IMG/VR virus record: IMGVR_UViG_3300031933_000215 | Location: 1-64,000 of that record | Direction: 5' to 3' (one strand) | Length of the DNA: 64,000 nt | Translations under genes and position numbers: made by a program | The notes under the pieces: generated by a model | Told to the model about the DNA's origin: nothing | Seen by the model: the letters and a program-made list of their open reading frames with translations, nothing else | Databases searched by the model: none | Shown here: in pieces, positions 39,906 through 50,239 of the stretch | How positions within the stretch are numbered: position 1 is the stretch's first letter | Layout: the number at the start of each line of letters is the position of its first letter

Positions 39906-40430
39906 ATGACGGATAAAAAAGCCGATGAGGTGACGGTCGGGAACATGGACAGTGAACCGCCCGAACTTCCACCTATGGAAATGGCACCCCACAACCCACA
40001 CATGCTTTTGAAACGGGTGGAAGAACTGACCGAACAGAACGAGGCGTTGACCAAACGGGTCCAACGGCTGGAGCGGTCGATCCTTGAGTTAACCACGATC
40101 CAACACCGCCAGACGGTTAACATCTTCGAAAGCATTGGCTCGGCCATTACCGGTATTGGTAAGAGTTACCAAGAACGCGTCAACCCCACACCACCCAGTA
40201 AAGAAGTCGTTATTCAAACCGTCCCGGACGAGTCTGAACGCAACGACCAGACGCTGTGGTTGATGTTGATCGACGGTCAAGCCAAAGCAGGCATCATGGT
40301 GGATGGGGAATTCAAACCCCAACCTTACCCCGCCGAACTGTTGGTTCCAGCGACCGAATGGTTGATCGACCGGGGTCTTGGCGTGGATCACCCGGTGGAA
40401 GTGAACCTCTTTGTTAAAACTCGAAAATAA
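39906..40430 (+). CDS. Hypothetical protein with coiled-coil segment
   Basis: GAGG RBS; heptad-like LKRVEELTEQNEALTKRVQRLERSI. Confidence 0.65.
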   Translation: MTDKKADEVTVGNMDSEPPELPPMEMAPHNPHMLLKRVEELTEQNEALTKRVQRLERSILELTTIQHRQTVNIFESIGSAITGIGKSYQERVNPTPPSKEVVIQTVPDESERNDQTLWLMLIDGQAKAGIMVDGEFKPQPYPAELLVPATEWLIDRGLGVDHPVEVNLFVKTRK

Positions 40431-40444
40431 AAAGGCTGTGTCTC

Positions 40445-41020
40445 ATGGAACAAAAAGCAAAGACTCATGAAGAGCTCCTGCTCGGCGATTCATTGTCGGT
40501 AATCCTGGAAGAAGAGCGGCGCCAATTGCCGGTCATCTCCGAGTATCAGTTTCAACGGGAAGTGGTGGACATCTTGGCCAACCCGTTTGGTGAGGACGCA
40601 CTGCGTCAGTACGCTATCTACGTGGGCGAGTTGACCAAACCACTGAACGTGGTGTCGAACGAGGACCGCAACCAGATCCTGTTTACGGTACCGGCATTGG
40701 TGCAGTCCCCAGTGACCACGATCGCTTACGGTTCCGGCATGACGGCGGAAGCGTTCATGCGGACGCTGAATCGGGACGTGGATTTGGGTGGTCGCCGAAT
40801 CAATCAGAAGATCCGAGACTTCATGATGCAGATGACCCAACGTCCGAACTACCTGGAGACGGTCATTTACCCCATCAGGGACATTCTCGCTCGCTATGGG
40901 CGCCAAATGGTGGATCTCCCTGGCGTTCCCCAGATGAACCAAACAAACCCCGTAGCGGGCTCCTCAGCGCCTCAGAGCACCAGTAACTCATCCTTCTCCG
41001 ACGACGAATATGAAGATTGA
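40445..41020 (+). CDS. Conserved phiKZ-like protein
   Basis: ORF overlapping the start of sbcD. Confidence 0.65.
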   Translation: MEQKAKTHEELLLGDSLSVILEEERRQLPVISEYQFQREVVDILANPFGEDALRQYAIYVGELTKPLNVVSNEDRNQILFTVPALVQSPVTTIAYGSGMTAEAFMRTLNRDVDLGGRRINQKIRDFMMQMTQRPNYLETVIYPIRDILARYGRQMVDLPGVPQMNQTNPVAGSSAPQSTSNSSFSDDEYED

Positions 41021-42164
41021 TGCGACGAAGTCACCGGGCAGCTTTCGGTTCGTCAGTTTGGGGGATGTTCATCTAGGACACCACCAGACCCCGACGGCCA
41101 AGATCATCGAAAACCTGGACCGGTATTGCACCAACGACCAAGTCCTGAAAGACGTTGACATGCTGATCATCACCGGCGACTTGTTCGATCGGCTGTTGCA
41201 CAACGCCGATGACAGCTTGCATTTGATCAACCGGTGGATCACCCGGGTATTGTACCGCTGTGCGTACTTGGACGTGGCCATTCGAATCGTCGAGGGTACG
41301 CCGTCCCACGACCGGGGACAGTCCCGGTTCTTTGTGGAACAAGCCAAGAACGCCAAGATCAACGTGGACTTGTATTACGCCACCCAACTGGAGATCGAAC
41401 ACAACGAGCGGTTTGGCATCACCATCCTGTACATCCCCGACAAATGGCGCCCAGACACGACGGAGACCTTGGAAGAGGTCAAACTGTTGATGCGCAAGCA
41501 GGGGCTGGAACAGGTGGATTACGCCATCATGCATGGGGCGTTTGAATACCAACTTCCCAGCATTGTGAAAGAACCCACCCACGACAGTGCCACGTACTTG
41601 TCGTTGGTTCGGTACTTCATCCTCATCGGCCACGTACACCTGATGACTCAACTCGAACGCATCTTGGCGGCCGGTTCATATGATCGGATTTGTCACGGCG
41701 AAGAGGGCCCCAAAGGGTATTACGATGTCCGTGTCCGGGGACCGGACGATTACGACGTTGTGTTTGTGGAGAACAAAGGCGCCAAGCGGTACGACACGCT
41801 CGACTGCACGGGGTTGGATACCAAGGAACTCAACGTCAAGATTCGTAAGGTGGTGGAAACACTCCCTAAAGGTAGCGCCATACGTCTACGGTGTTCACCA
41901 CATGACGCAGCGGCTGGGGATATTGATGGGTTGGTGAAACTCTATCCACAGTTCGAATGGAGTATCGTTAAGGATCGCGAGAAGGTCAAAAAGGAAAGTG
42001 TTCTGGACACCTTCATGAACACGGACATGGAAGAGTTCATTCCGATCACCAAGGACAGCATCGAAGGCTTGGCCGAACAGGAACTGGAACGTCAAGGGTT
42101 GGACACGGCGTTCGTGGCCAATTGCACTCACCGACTAAAGGAGCTACTCAGTGGATTACATTGA
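41010..42164 (+). CDS. sbcD: SbcD/Mre11-like metallophosphoesterase nuclease
   Basis: LGDVHLG, IITGDLFD, EGTPSHD, IMHGAF, LIGHVH motifs. Confidence 0.85.
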   Translation: MKIDATKSPGSFRFVSLGDVHLGHHQTPTAKIIENLDRYCTNDQVLKDVDMLIITGDLFDRLLHNADDSLHLINRWITRVLYRCAYLDVAIRIVEGTPSHDRGQSRFFVEQAKNAKINVDLYYATQLEIEHNERFGITILYIPDKWRPDTTETLEEVKLLMRKQGLEQVDYAIMHGAFEYQLPSIVKEPTHDSATYLSLVRYFILIGHVHLMTQLERILAAGSYDRICHGEEGPKGYYDVRVRGPDDYDVVFVENKGAKRYDTLDCTGLDTKELNVKIRKVVETLPKGSAIRLRCSPHDAAAGDIDGLVKLYPQFEWSIVKDREKVKKESVLDTFMNTDMEEFIPITKDSIEGLAEQELERQGLDTAFVANCTHRLKELLSGLH

Positions 42165-42993
42165 ACGTGAAACTGGGCAGTTTCCGTTATCCATCGGGAC
42201 ATCACTTGCGTTCGAGGGGTTGTTCGGGATACACCCGAACCAGCCCCGACACCCGTCCGGCTACGCCCGCATCAAAGAGGTGTGGGTCAACCTGAGGACG
42301 CTGATCCGCAACTGCTACGCGGCCATGACGGTGGAGAATTCCAAAAAGGCCTCCATCGAAATGTCGGCGCAGGTGATTTACGATGAGATTCAGTCCCTGC
42401 CTGACATCATCCGCCAGCAAGCGAAAGGCCGCTACGGCATTCGACTGTACCAGAACGACCTGTCCGACATCAAATGGCAATTCCCCAATGCCAAGCATAA
42501 AACGCCCCGAACCGAAAAGCAGCGACACTACCACAATTATGAGCAGTTGGTGTTGAAGCTGTTGTTGGACATGCTGAGCTCGGAGAAGATCCCGGTCCTT
42601 ACCGTGAACCGAAAACCGCCCATGCAACAAACCACCGTGGCGTTATTGACCCATTACCCTCATGAGCTACTGTGGCGGTTTCAGTTTGAACGTCTGTTCT
42701 TACTCGAATCCCACACCGGTAAAGTGAAGTCGGTTGGGCAGTGGAGCAGTAAACTCAACGGCGTTGACGAAGAGGATCAACTCCCCGTGAATGAGTTCAC
42801 CCTCCAACTGTTCGGCGAAGGTACTTTGCTGAATAGCTTTCCCAAGAAACTCCGTGACGAAGTAAAACAACTGGCGATGGTGCGGAAGTGGTCGGCGATC
42901 ACCACCGTGCCAAAGATCCAGAACGACGTTCTCCGCTACGGCGGTGAGGGCCTTAAGAACGTCTACCGGGAACTCACGATACGCACCGGATAA
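42151..42993 (+). CDS. Conserved phiKZ-like core protein (gp66-like by synteny)
   Basis: Overlaps sbcD; member of the conserved nucleus block. Confidence 0.6.
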   Translation: MDYIERETGQFPLSIGTSLAFEGLFGIHPNQPRHPSGYARIKEVWVNLRTLIRNCYAAMTVENSKKASIEMSAQVIYDEIQSLPDIIRQQAKGRYGIRLYQNDLSDIKWQFPNAKHKTPRTEKQRHYHNYEQLVLKLLLDMLSSEKIPVLTVNRKPPMQQTTVALLTHYPHELLWRFQFERLFLLESHTGKVKSVGQWSSKLNGVDEEDQLPVNEFTLQLFGEGTLLNSFPKKLRDEVKQLAMVRKWSAITTVPKIQNDVLRYGGEGLKNVYRELTIRTG

Positions 42994-43106
42994 ATTACTC
43001 CGCGTCGCTATCATACGAGAAACCCAAGCACGCAGACGCCCGATGTGTTTAAAGGCGTATGTCGTCGTCTCAACGGAATAAACCATAATTGACCTGGAGT
43101 ATACAC

Positions 43107-43829
43107 ATGGCTGACCAACGTCCCCCCATCAAACCCAATCCGCTGGACGTCATGTCCACGTGGTTCTTTGCCGAGCCGGTAGCCGGTGCTACGAAGCGCC
43201 CGAACTTCCGCGCCAAAGTGATTGGTAACGTCCCTCGGTTTGTTGTTAAGACCAACGTCCCCGATGACCGGAACAACGGTCGTATTGATTTCAACATGGA
43301 TCTGCCGACCTTTGGTGCGATCATGAGTCGGTTCCAGAAACTGGCCGACGGTGGTGATGAGCCGTTCACTTTCGAGTACAACGACGACTTCGTCGGTGGT
43401 AAGAAGCTCGACAAGCCGGTAACCGTGGCCAGTGTAAAAGGCGGGCGTGATCGTGAAACCGGTCGCATCTACATCGCCGTATTGGGTTACAACCGACCGA
43501 AGATCCAGTTCTTCTTCGGCCCGTCCAAATTCCACGCCATGAAACACGGCGATGGTTCCGAAGTCAGTCAGGCTGAGGTCAGCAACGCGTACTGCGCCAG
43601 CTTTGTGAACATGTATTCCAAGTTGGTTGCTGAACTTCTGGTCTCCGAGTTCAACGAAGACGGTAAGAACGTGGCCAAGGCACCGACAGCCCAAGGCGGC
43701 GGTGGTGGTCAAGGTTACCAGAACCGTGGTGGCGGTCAGCAGTATGGCGGCGGCAACAGCGGCGGCGGTCAACCGTCCGGTGGTGGCGATAGCTTCAAGA
43801 ACGCCGACAGCTTCGAGGATTTCCTCTAA
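43107..43829 (+). CDS. chmC: ChmC-like nucleus-associated nucleic-acid-binding protein with Gly/Gln-rich tail
   Basis: Beta-rich SSB/Whirly-like core plus GGGGQGYQNRGGGQQYGGG tail; immediately upstream of the gp68-like gene, as ChmC is in PhiPA3/phiKZ. Assignment is by synteny and composition. Confidence 0.6.
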   Translation: MADQRPPIKPNPLDVMSTWFFAEPVAGATKRPNFRAKVIGNVPRFVVKTNVPDDRNNGRIDFNMDLPTFGAIMSRFQKLADGGDEPFTFEYNDDFVGGKKLDKPVTVASVKGGRDRETGRIYIAVLGYNRPKIQFFFGPSKFHAMKHGDGSEVSQAEVSNAYCASFVNMYSKLVAELLVSEFNEDGKNVAKAPTAQGGGGGQGYQNRGGGQQYGGGNSGGGQPSGGGDSFKNADSFEDFL

Positions 43830-43976
43830 CCTTCCATTCACACAAACCCCAGGGACCATGTGGCTCTGGGGTTTGTGCCCTACCCCCAATTGAATAAAAA
43901 ATCAAACCTACATAATCCACGTGGTGACTCGCCTGAATAAGTGAGTCAAAGAAACGATCCGCAAAGAGGCTTAGGT

Positions 43977-45545
43977 ATGCATCTTGAAGTTACCCAAACA
44001 CAGGGCGATGGGTTTACGGAGGTCGCAGCGGTTCACAAAGGTGCGCGGTTGACGTTCAACACCAGCACCTACGGTAAAGTGAAACTGGCCGACCCCACTC
44101 AGGTGTTCAAAGAGATTAACGAGTATTGGGAATGGGCGGGCGAAGAAGTCCAAGACCACGTCTGGTCCCAGTATCAAGAAATCAAGGAGTACCTGGAGCA
44201 GGTTCTTGATCCGTTCCACATTGGCAAATACCTGAAGAAGCACATCACCCTGATGTTTCAGAAAATGCCCATGTCGGATATGTCTAAATGGCTGCTGACC
44301 CGTGGTGGCCTGTACGTGCCGTCGGACATCCCCGACGCCATTGAGGAAGACGCGCGGTACAAGCGGGAAGATCAGACGTACGTGAAATCCCACTACATCG
44401 ATCTGGCCACCCTGGCCCTAGCACTGCGTCCGCTGCTCCCCATCTTTGGTGAGTACATCGACCAAGGTGGTCAAGGGGTTGGTAACGACCTCTATAAAGA
44501 GATGGAAGTGGTGGGGTTGATCACCGAAACCGAATTGGTGAACTACCCCATCGAAGAGCCGGCCTTTGACAAGCTCTTCAACTACATCAAGATCACCACC
44601 GAAGACGGCCCGGTGTCTCTCGGCCGTCTGTGGAAAGGTATGGGTTCGGCAGAGATCCCATTGTGGTTCCAAGCGAAGGTGCTGGTGCGTCGGTTGACCA
44701 TCGTCCCGCTCACGGACCACACTGCCACCCATTCAATCATTGCGAACGTGTACCGTTACGTTCGTACCAACATGAAACCCACCGACCGTCGGGCGACCGA
44801 CAAGGTGAAGGAGAAAACCCCCGAAGATGAAGGCCAAGACGAAGACGATAAGACGTCGCTGCTGGAAAATTACAAAGTCAAACAACGTATTGCTGATGGC
44901 GACGCCGTCCACTTCACGGTGTATAGTGAGAACATCGCAGGGATCGCCCAACGCGTCGATCCCACAGTGGATCTGAAACTGATCGAACAGACCACAGCGA
45001 TTCTTCCGGATGTGGACAAACTCCAAATCCACCCACACCAAGTTCGACTGGCCCAATGGGTACTGGCCAAAGCGTTTCCACCCAGAGCGTTTTACCATAT
45101 CCAAAAGTCGGCGGTACAACGACTACTCGCAGCAGCTCAAGCACTGCTGTGGCATTGGGGTTACTTGGACATCGCCATTCTGTTGCAGGTCGAACAGATC
45201 AATACGACCGAGCAGAACATCCCTGGCATTACCCAGCAACCTCGGAGCAACACGCGGATCTCACGCAAGTACATTGATGAGTTGATGGTGGCGTACCCAC
45301 ACGTTAAACCACAACGCCCGAAAGCAGGCACGGGCGAAATCAACAACCGCAGCGGTAACATCGCAGCCATTGGCATCAACAATGTCACGCGTCTGATCAT
45401 GCAAAGCAACTGGTACTACCACGGTCCTCTCGAACTGCGTCAGCTGGCGCAACAAACCGAGGGACGCGGCGTGGTTGCGGTACCACCCGCCATTAAGAAC
45501 CGCATCACTGAACTGGTGCTAGACTTGGCAAAGATCAATCAGTAA
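43977..45545 (+). CDS. Non-virion RNAP promoter-specificity subunit (phiKZ gp68-like)
   Basis: About 520 aa helical ORF at the gp68 position; assignment mainly by synteny and size. Confidence 0.65.
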   Translation: MHLEVTQTQGDGFTEVAAVHKGARLTFNTSTYGKVKLADPTQVFKEINEYWEWAGEEVQDHVWSQYQEIKEYLEQVLDPFHIGKYLKKHITLMFQKMPMSDMSKWLLTRGGLYVPSDIPDAIEEDARYKREDQTYVKSHYIDLATLALALRPLLPIFGEYIDQGGQGVGNDLYKEMEVVGLITETELVNYPIEEPAFDKLFNYIKITTEDGPVSLGRLWKGMGSAEIPLWFQAKVLVRRLTIVPLTDHTATHSIIANVYRYVRTNMKPTDRRATDKVKEKTPEDEGQDEDDKTSLLENYKVKQRIADGDAVHFTVYSENIAGIAQRVDPTVDLKLIEQTTAILPDVDKLQIHPHQVRLAQWVLAKAFPPRAFYHIQKSAVQRLLAAAQALLWHWGYLDIAILLQVEQINTTEQNIPGITQQPRSNTRISRKYIDELMVAYPHVKPQRPKAGTGEINNRSGNIAAIGINNVTRLIMQSNWYYHGPLELRQLAQQTEGRGVVAVPPAIKNRITELVLDLAKINQ

Positions 45546-45585
45546 GCTGATTGTGAATTTTTAACTGCAAAAGAGAGAGAACCCC

Positions 45586-47241
45586 ATGTACGGTTTAAAC
45601 GTTAATATCTCGATCGCGGATTTTATTCTGACGCAGACCGGGACCTACCAGGAGCAGAACCTCCGGCCGTTCACCACCAACATCCAAGCCGAGGCGATCA
45701 ACGCGCTGGAGCGTTCGACCCGTGGTGGTCGCAACCTGGGCGTGTCCGCTGTGGAGGAAGTTGCTGGCAGTGTAATCCGGCCCTCCGCCACGCCGGAGGC
45801 CAACGTCAACATTCAGCAAGGCTGGGCGTCCCGCCGGTTCCGGTTTCTGATGCGGGTGGTGGAAGAACATCCGTTCAACGCCGGTCAGCGGGTGCAGCGC
45901 ATCCTGTTCGGCTACACGGACCATTCGGACGCCTCCATCAACCACCTGGACCCGGAAATGCGGGTGTACTTCAACTCCGAAACGGTGATTGCCGATCACA
46001 TTCGCAACACTCCCAATGGTCCGGTGTCCGAGCCGATCGTGCTGGCGGCAAACCAGATCATCTCCCCACTGGACATGTTCGGTCCGGCGTCGAACTTCTC
46101 GGCGTACTACCAGAGCCCGTCCTCGTACCTGATCCGTCCGGAAGACGTGTTCGGTATGGGTCAGACTCGCAGTGTGACGGAAAAACTGATGCAGTCCGGT
46201 CAGTTTGAAGGCGGTATTGATCTGGTCATGGACTCCCGCAACACGGTGGGTCATGGTGGCACCTATAAGTACTCCCGTCGTCGTGACACCTCGCCGTCCC
46301 GCTACCTCTCAGACACCCTGTCCGCGTACAGTCACGCGGTGAAGGAGTCTCAGATGGAAGAGGAAGGCATCGGTGTGGGTGATCAGGAAGTACTGTACGG
46401 CGAAGCTCAGAGCCACGCCGCGAACCAGGACATCCACAAGAACATGTTCTTCTCCCGTCTGAAAGACGAGGCGCAGTTCATGGAGCGCGGGTACGTGAAG
46501 TTCAAGGACCTACAACAGATGTTCCCGGAAGTTCAGCACACCACGAAGTACTCGTTGGACGATGGTCGCAGCATTCGTCGCGTCAATCAGGCGCAGGATA
46601 GTGAATATTGGACCGGTTCCGACAACATGACGTTGGCCGCGTGTACGCTGGCGCAGGTAGTCCCGTCCATCATGATGGACAACTACATCCGCACCATCAG
46701 CTTCGCGGTAACCAACGGCCATGGCTTGGGCGAATACCTCATTGACTTCCACGAGAATGGCACCACCGGTGTGGTTCCTGGCCTGTCGATGATCGCGCCC
46801 TTGCAGGAGTTCCAGCGTCGTTTGATCACCGACGTGCTGAACACCGTCACCATGAGCAATCAGATCGGCTTCCAGATCAGCATGAGCTCGGATCTGGCCG
46901 GCGACAGTGTCATTGACATTGCCATGGACGGGGAACCCGTGCGTCGTTACGTGGCACCCACGTTCAGTGACTCGCTGTTCGCTCCGGTGATCACCCGTGA
47001 CCGCCAGCGTCCGCAGGACATTTCCAATGACCTGCTGTACTTGGTAGAGCACACAATCCCCAACGCTCGTGAGACGGGCATTGTCGGTGCCCAAGGCCAA
47101 CCGTTCGATCAAGCCTTTGGACATCAGCCGCCCCATCCGGCCAACGGTCCACACCAGGAACCGATGGTAGGCAATGGTTATCCCTCCAACCCGTACAACA
47201 ACCAAGGTTTTAACAATGGCAACGATACAGGACTTTTATAA
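45586..47241 (+). CDS. picA: PicA/Imp1-like phage-nucleus protein import factor (phiKZ gp69-like)
   Basis: 551 aa ORF directly after the gp68-like gene in the conserved block; assignment by synteny. Confidence 0.6.
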   Translation: MYGLNVNISIADFILTQTGTYQEQNLRPFTTNIQAEAINALERSTRGGRNLGVSAVEEVAGSVIRPSATPEANVNIQQGWASRRFRFLMRVVEEHPFNAGQRVQRILFGYTDHSDASINHLDPEMRVYFNSETVIADHIRNTPNGPVSEPIVLAANQIISPLDMFGPASNFSAYYQSPSSYLIRPEDVFGMGQTRSVTEKLMQSGQFEGGIDLVMDSRNTVGHGGTYKYSRRRDTSPSRYLSDTLSAYSHAVKESQMEEEGIGVGDQEVLYGEAQSHAANQDIHKNMFFSRLKDEAQFMERGYVKFKDLQQMFPEVQHTTKYSLDDGRSIRRVNQAQDSEYWTGSDNMTLAACTLAQVVPSIMMDNYIRTISFAVTNGHGLGEYLIDFHENGTTGVVPGLSMIAPLQEFQRRLITDVLNTVTMSNQIGFQISMSSDLAGDSVIDIAMDGEPVRRYVAPTFSDSLFAPVITRDRQRPQDISNDLLYLVEHTIPNARETGIVGAQGQPFDQAFGHQPPHPANGPHQEPMVGNGYPSNPYNNQGFNNGNDTGLL

Positions 47242-48559
47242 GAAATCCCTGAGCGCTCTGCGTTTCCAGGTGGACGACGATGACCTCATCAGCTTCCTGA
47301 ACCCGGAAGGTCGCGCTACCCCGACAGTCGTGGATGGCCGTCGGTTGGTACTGCCGACCAAGCAGCGACTCCGGGAAGGCTTCGGTGAGGACCTCCAACC
47401 GTTCCATCCGCTGTCTGAGAACATCGCGCGGCGCAGTGCGTCGCCGGTGATCAAGAACATGCAGCGGACGGCCAAAGCGGTGCTGGCCCATTACTTCACC
47501 GAGCTGTCACTGCGACTGCTTGCGGTGGCCTCCGACCCGAGTCTGCACAAGGACCTCCCACCGGCGTGCAGTGAGTACTTGAAGAAAGTGTCCAATGCGG
47601 ATGCGAAAACCCTCAAGGACTTCGACACGCTGATTGGTAAGGCCGTGCAGAAGAACAAGCTAATCACGCTGTACCTGCGCAATGGCGGTACCGTGGATGG
47701 GAAGAAGATGAATCGCCTGTGTGTGATTCGCTTCCCAATCATGGACGAGCTTAACGAGGAAAAGCCCTTCGGCATCAAGCTGCGTAAGAAAGACCGCGCG
47801 ACGCTGCAGGCGCTCTTCCATCACATCATGCCATTCGGCGACAGCCCAGAGGAATACAGCGCCGGGTCCAACTCGCGGATCGCGCCGTTCTTCGACGCGT
47901 TCATGCGAGCGTATGCGAAAGTGGCTGAGCAGCTGAACAGCGTGGTACGTAAGTACGCCAAGCCGATGGAGATCTCTCTGGAGCCCATCGACCTGAGCTA
48001 CCTCGAAGAGCTGGACAATCTCGGTCAGTACTACGAGAAGATTCCAAGCCTGCGGGGTAACGATGGCGGTACGAAGGAAGACACGCCCGAAGAAGCCGAG
48101 GCCACCAAGGCACCCACGGAAAAGCCGATCAAATCGGAAACCGTACAAGCACGGACGCCTGGGAAATCCACCCCCCTACCTCCGGCTGAAAAACCAAGCA
48201 GCGGGATGTCGGTGGACGACTTCATGAAGACCATCAACCCGCAGCAGGCACAGCCTGCCCAACCGCAGAACCCGTACCAAGCGGCACCACCACCCAACCC
48301 GTACGCAACCCCCGGTCCGGTAGCGCCTTACGGCCAACCGAACCAACCCATGGGTGGTTACGGCGGCTACGGTGGTGGTTACGGCGGTGGTGGCTACGGC
48401 GACCCCAGGCGTCCAGGCTGGCTGACTGGTGGTCAACCCAACCAACCTTCCCAACCAGTTAACCCGTTCGCGCAAGCGCTCGCTGGTGGTGCTCAGGCAC
48501 AGCCGTCTGGTTATGGGAATCAACCCTACCCCCCAATGGGTGGCGGTAGCAGTCTGTAA
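47216..48559 (+). CDS. phiKZ gp70-like core protein with long Pro/Gln/Gly/Tyr low-complexity C-terminus
   Basis: Overlaps the picA stop; tail with GYGGYGGGYGGGGYG. Confidence 0.7.
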   Translation: MATIQDFYKKSLSALRFQVDDDDLISFLNPEGRATPTVVDGRRLVLPTKQRLREGFGEDLQPFHPLSENIARRSASPVIKNMQRTAKAVLAHYFTELSLRLLAVASDPSLHKDLPPACSEYLKKVSNADAKTLKDFDTLIGKAVQKNKLITLYLRNGGTVDGKKMNRLCVIRFPIMDELNEEKPFGIKLRKKDRATLQALFHHIMPFGDSPEEYSAGSNSRIAPFFDAFMRAYAKVAEQLNSVVRKYAKPMEISLEPIDLSYLEELDNLGQYYEKIPSLRGNDGGTKEDTPEEAEATKAPTEKPIKSETVQARTPGKSTPLPPAEKPSSGMSVDDFMKTINPQQAQPAQPQNPYQAAPPPNPYATPGPVAPYGQPNQPMGGYGGYGGGYGGGGYGDPRRPGWLTGGQPNQPSQPVNPFAQALAGGAQAQPSGYGNQPYPPMGGGSSL

Positions 48560-48566
48560 CGCAGAC

Positions 48567-48607
48567 GCGGCATAGAGGGAGTCCGTTGGGACTCCCTCTT
48601 TTTTTGT
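48567..48607. terminator. Bidirectional terminator
   Basis: AGAGGGAGTCC GTT GGGACTCCCTCT hairpin; T-run on +, CTATGCCGC on -. Confidence 0.8.
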
Positions 48608-48978
48608 TAACCTGAGACTTTGGTGGAAAGGTAAAGTGTCCGCAGATCGGCCAGAATGTCATCGGGTGGCATCAATAGCGTAAACCCGATTTCCCGCACG
48701 TAGGGGTTGTGCAACTGACGACCGAACTGATTGGGACTTTCCATGCCATTGACCCGCATATAAATCCAGTGTTTATCGAGCGACACCCCCAACTCACCCA
48801 ACAGACCGTAGAAATCCCCTTCGTACTGATGGATCTTGTCGGGACTGACGTTCGACCGTTGTGTCGTTGGATGGTACCGTAAGATTTGCAGGTGCGTCTC
48901 CAGGATCGTACGGAACTCCGGTTCGTACATTACCTCATCGCCCGGCGGGCGTTTCAGGGTGGCTATGGTAAAAGCCAT
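48607..48978 (-). CDS. Small conserved protein, opposite strand within the nucleus block (possible LysM/tail-X-like fold)
   Basis: GGAG RBS before ATG 48978; YEGDFYGLL...HWIYMRVNG pattern; the fold call is weak. Confidence 0.6.
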   Translation of the reverse strand: MAFTIATLKRPPGDEVMYEPEFRTILETHLQILRYHPTTQRSNVSPDKIHQYEGDFYGLLGELGVSLDKHWIYMRVNGMESPNQFGRQLHNPYVREIGFTLLMPPDDILADLRTLYLSTKVSG

Positions 48979-49001
48979 GGATGTTGCTCCTATTGACATT
49001 G

Positions 49002-49014
49002 AGATCTATATCAT
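49002..49014 (+). promoter_or_regulatory. Putative early promoter of nvRNAP beta gene (AGATCTATATCAT)
   Basis: Identical to the 13-mer at 33792; 47 nt upstream of ATG 49061. Confidence 0.55.
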
Positions 49015-49060
49015 CCCGTTGGACACTTAAATAACTGCAGTAATTCGAGGATCGATAAAA

Positions 49061-50239
49061 ATGACCGAACGAAACCGTAAAGAGATTGGGGTGGATATGC
49101 TTGGCGTGAACGCCATGGACCCCTACTTCCAAAATTCATCAGGTCCCCGGAAGGCAATGTTCTCCACCCAGATCGGTCAGGCCCCGATCGTGGATGGTAA
49201 TACCCCACGCCGGATCTTCACTGGCGTGGAAACCAAATACGCCGACGACACGTTTGATGTGTCACTACCTTGCCACGCAACCATTTTGAAAGTCATTCAC
49301 AAGTTCCCTATCGGCATGGGTCGGGACGTCATTCGGCATAACCCCACCACCGTGGTGATCTACGAAGATTACTACGACCCACATAAGACCATTGGGGTGT
49401 TGGAAGTCAACGATTTCATGTCACTACACCAGGACTTCGGGTTCCGCATGGAGAAAGATCCGGAAGTGTGGAACGAACTGGGTCCGCGTGTGATGATGGA
49501 GAAAGGGACGCGTCTGGCCAAATCCCCAGCGGTCCGTGAGAACGGTCAGTATGGGATTGGATTGGAAGCAGAAGTGGCGTTCATGTCCATGCCTGGTACC
49601 ATCGAGGATGGGTTCGTGGTGTCCCGGACGTTCCTGGAACGGATGACGCCCCGAACCTACAACACGGCCGTAGGTAATTGGGGGCGGAAAGCGTTCCCGT
49701 TGAACCTTTATGGAGACGACGAGCACTATAAGCCGTTCCCGGACATTGGCGATACCATCCGGGACGACGGATTAGTGTTTGCTCTGCGGGAGATCGATGA
49801 CGATCTTGGCGTGGCAGAGATGACCCCGCGTGCCCTGCGGGAAGTGGACTACGCGTTCGACAAACCATTCTTCGGGAAACCCGGGGCCAAGATCGTGGAT
49901 GTCAATGTCTACCACGATGACCGACTGAACCCGTCCAGTACGCCGGTCGGTATGGACACCCAAGCTCGGAAGTACTACGACGCTCAGGTGGTGTTCTACC
50001 AATCACTGATGGACGAGTATAATCGCTTGGCTAAACGGCGCGGTAAGCGTCTGTGCATCACTCCCGAGTTTAACCGTTTGTTGGTGGAAGCTCAGATGTT
50101 CCTGCCAGTGGCAGGGGACCGCCGTAAGCTGACCCGGATGTACCGTCTGGAGCAACTTGACGAATGGCGTGTGGAGGTGACCTACGAGAAACGCTTGGAA
50201 TCCAACATGGGTTACAAGTTCACTGACATGCATGGTGGT
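49061..50239 (+). CDS. Non-virion RNAP beta subunit C-terminal part, exon 1 (phiKZ gp71-73-like)
   Basis: RKAMFSTQIGQ, VAFMSMPGTIEDGFVVS; ends at GYKFTDMHGG, the first half of the GDKxxxRHGNKG motif. Confidence 0.9.
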
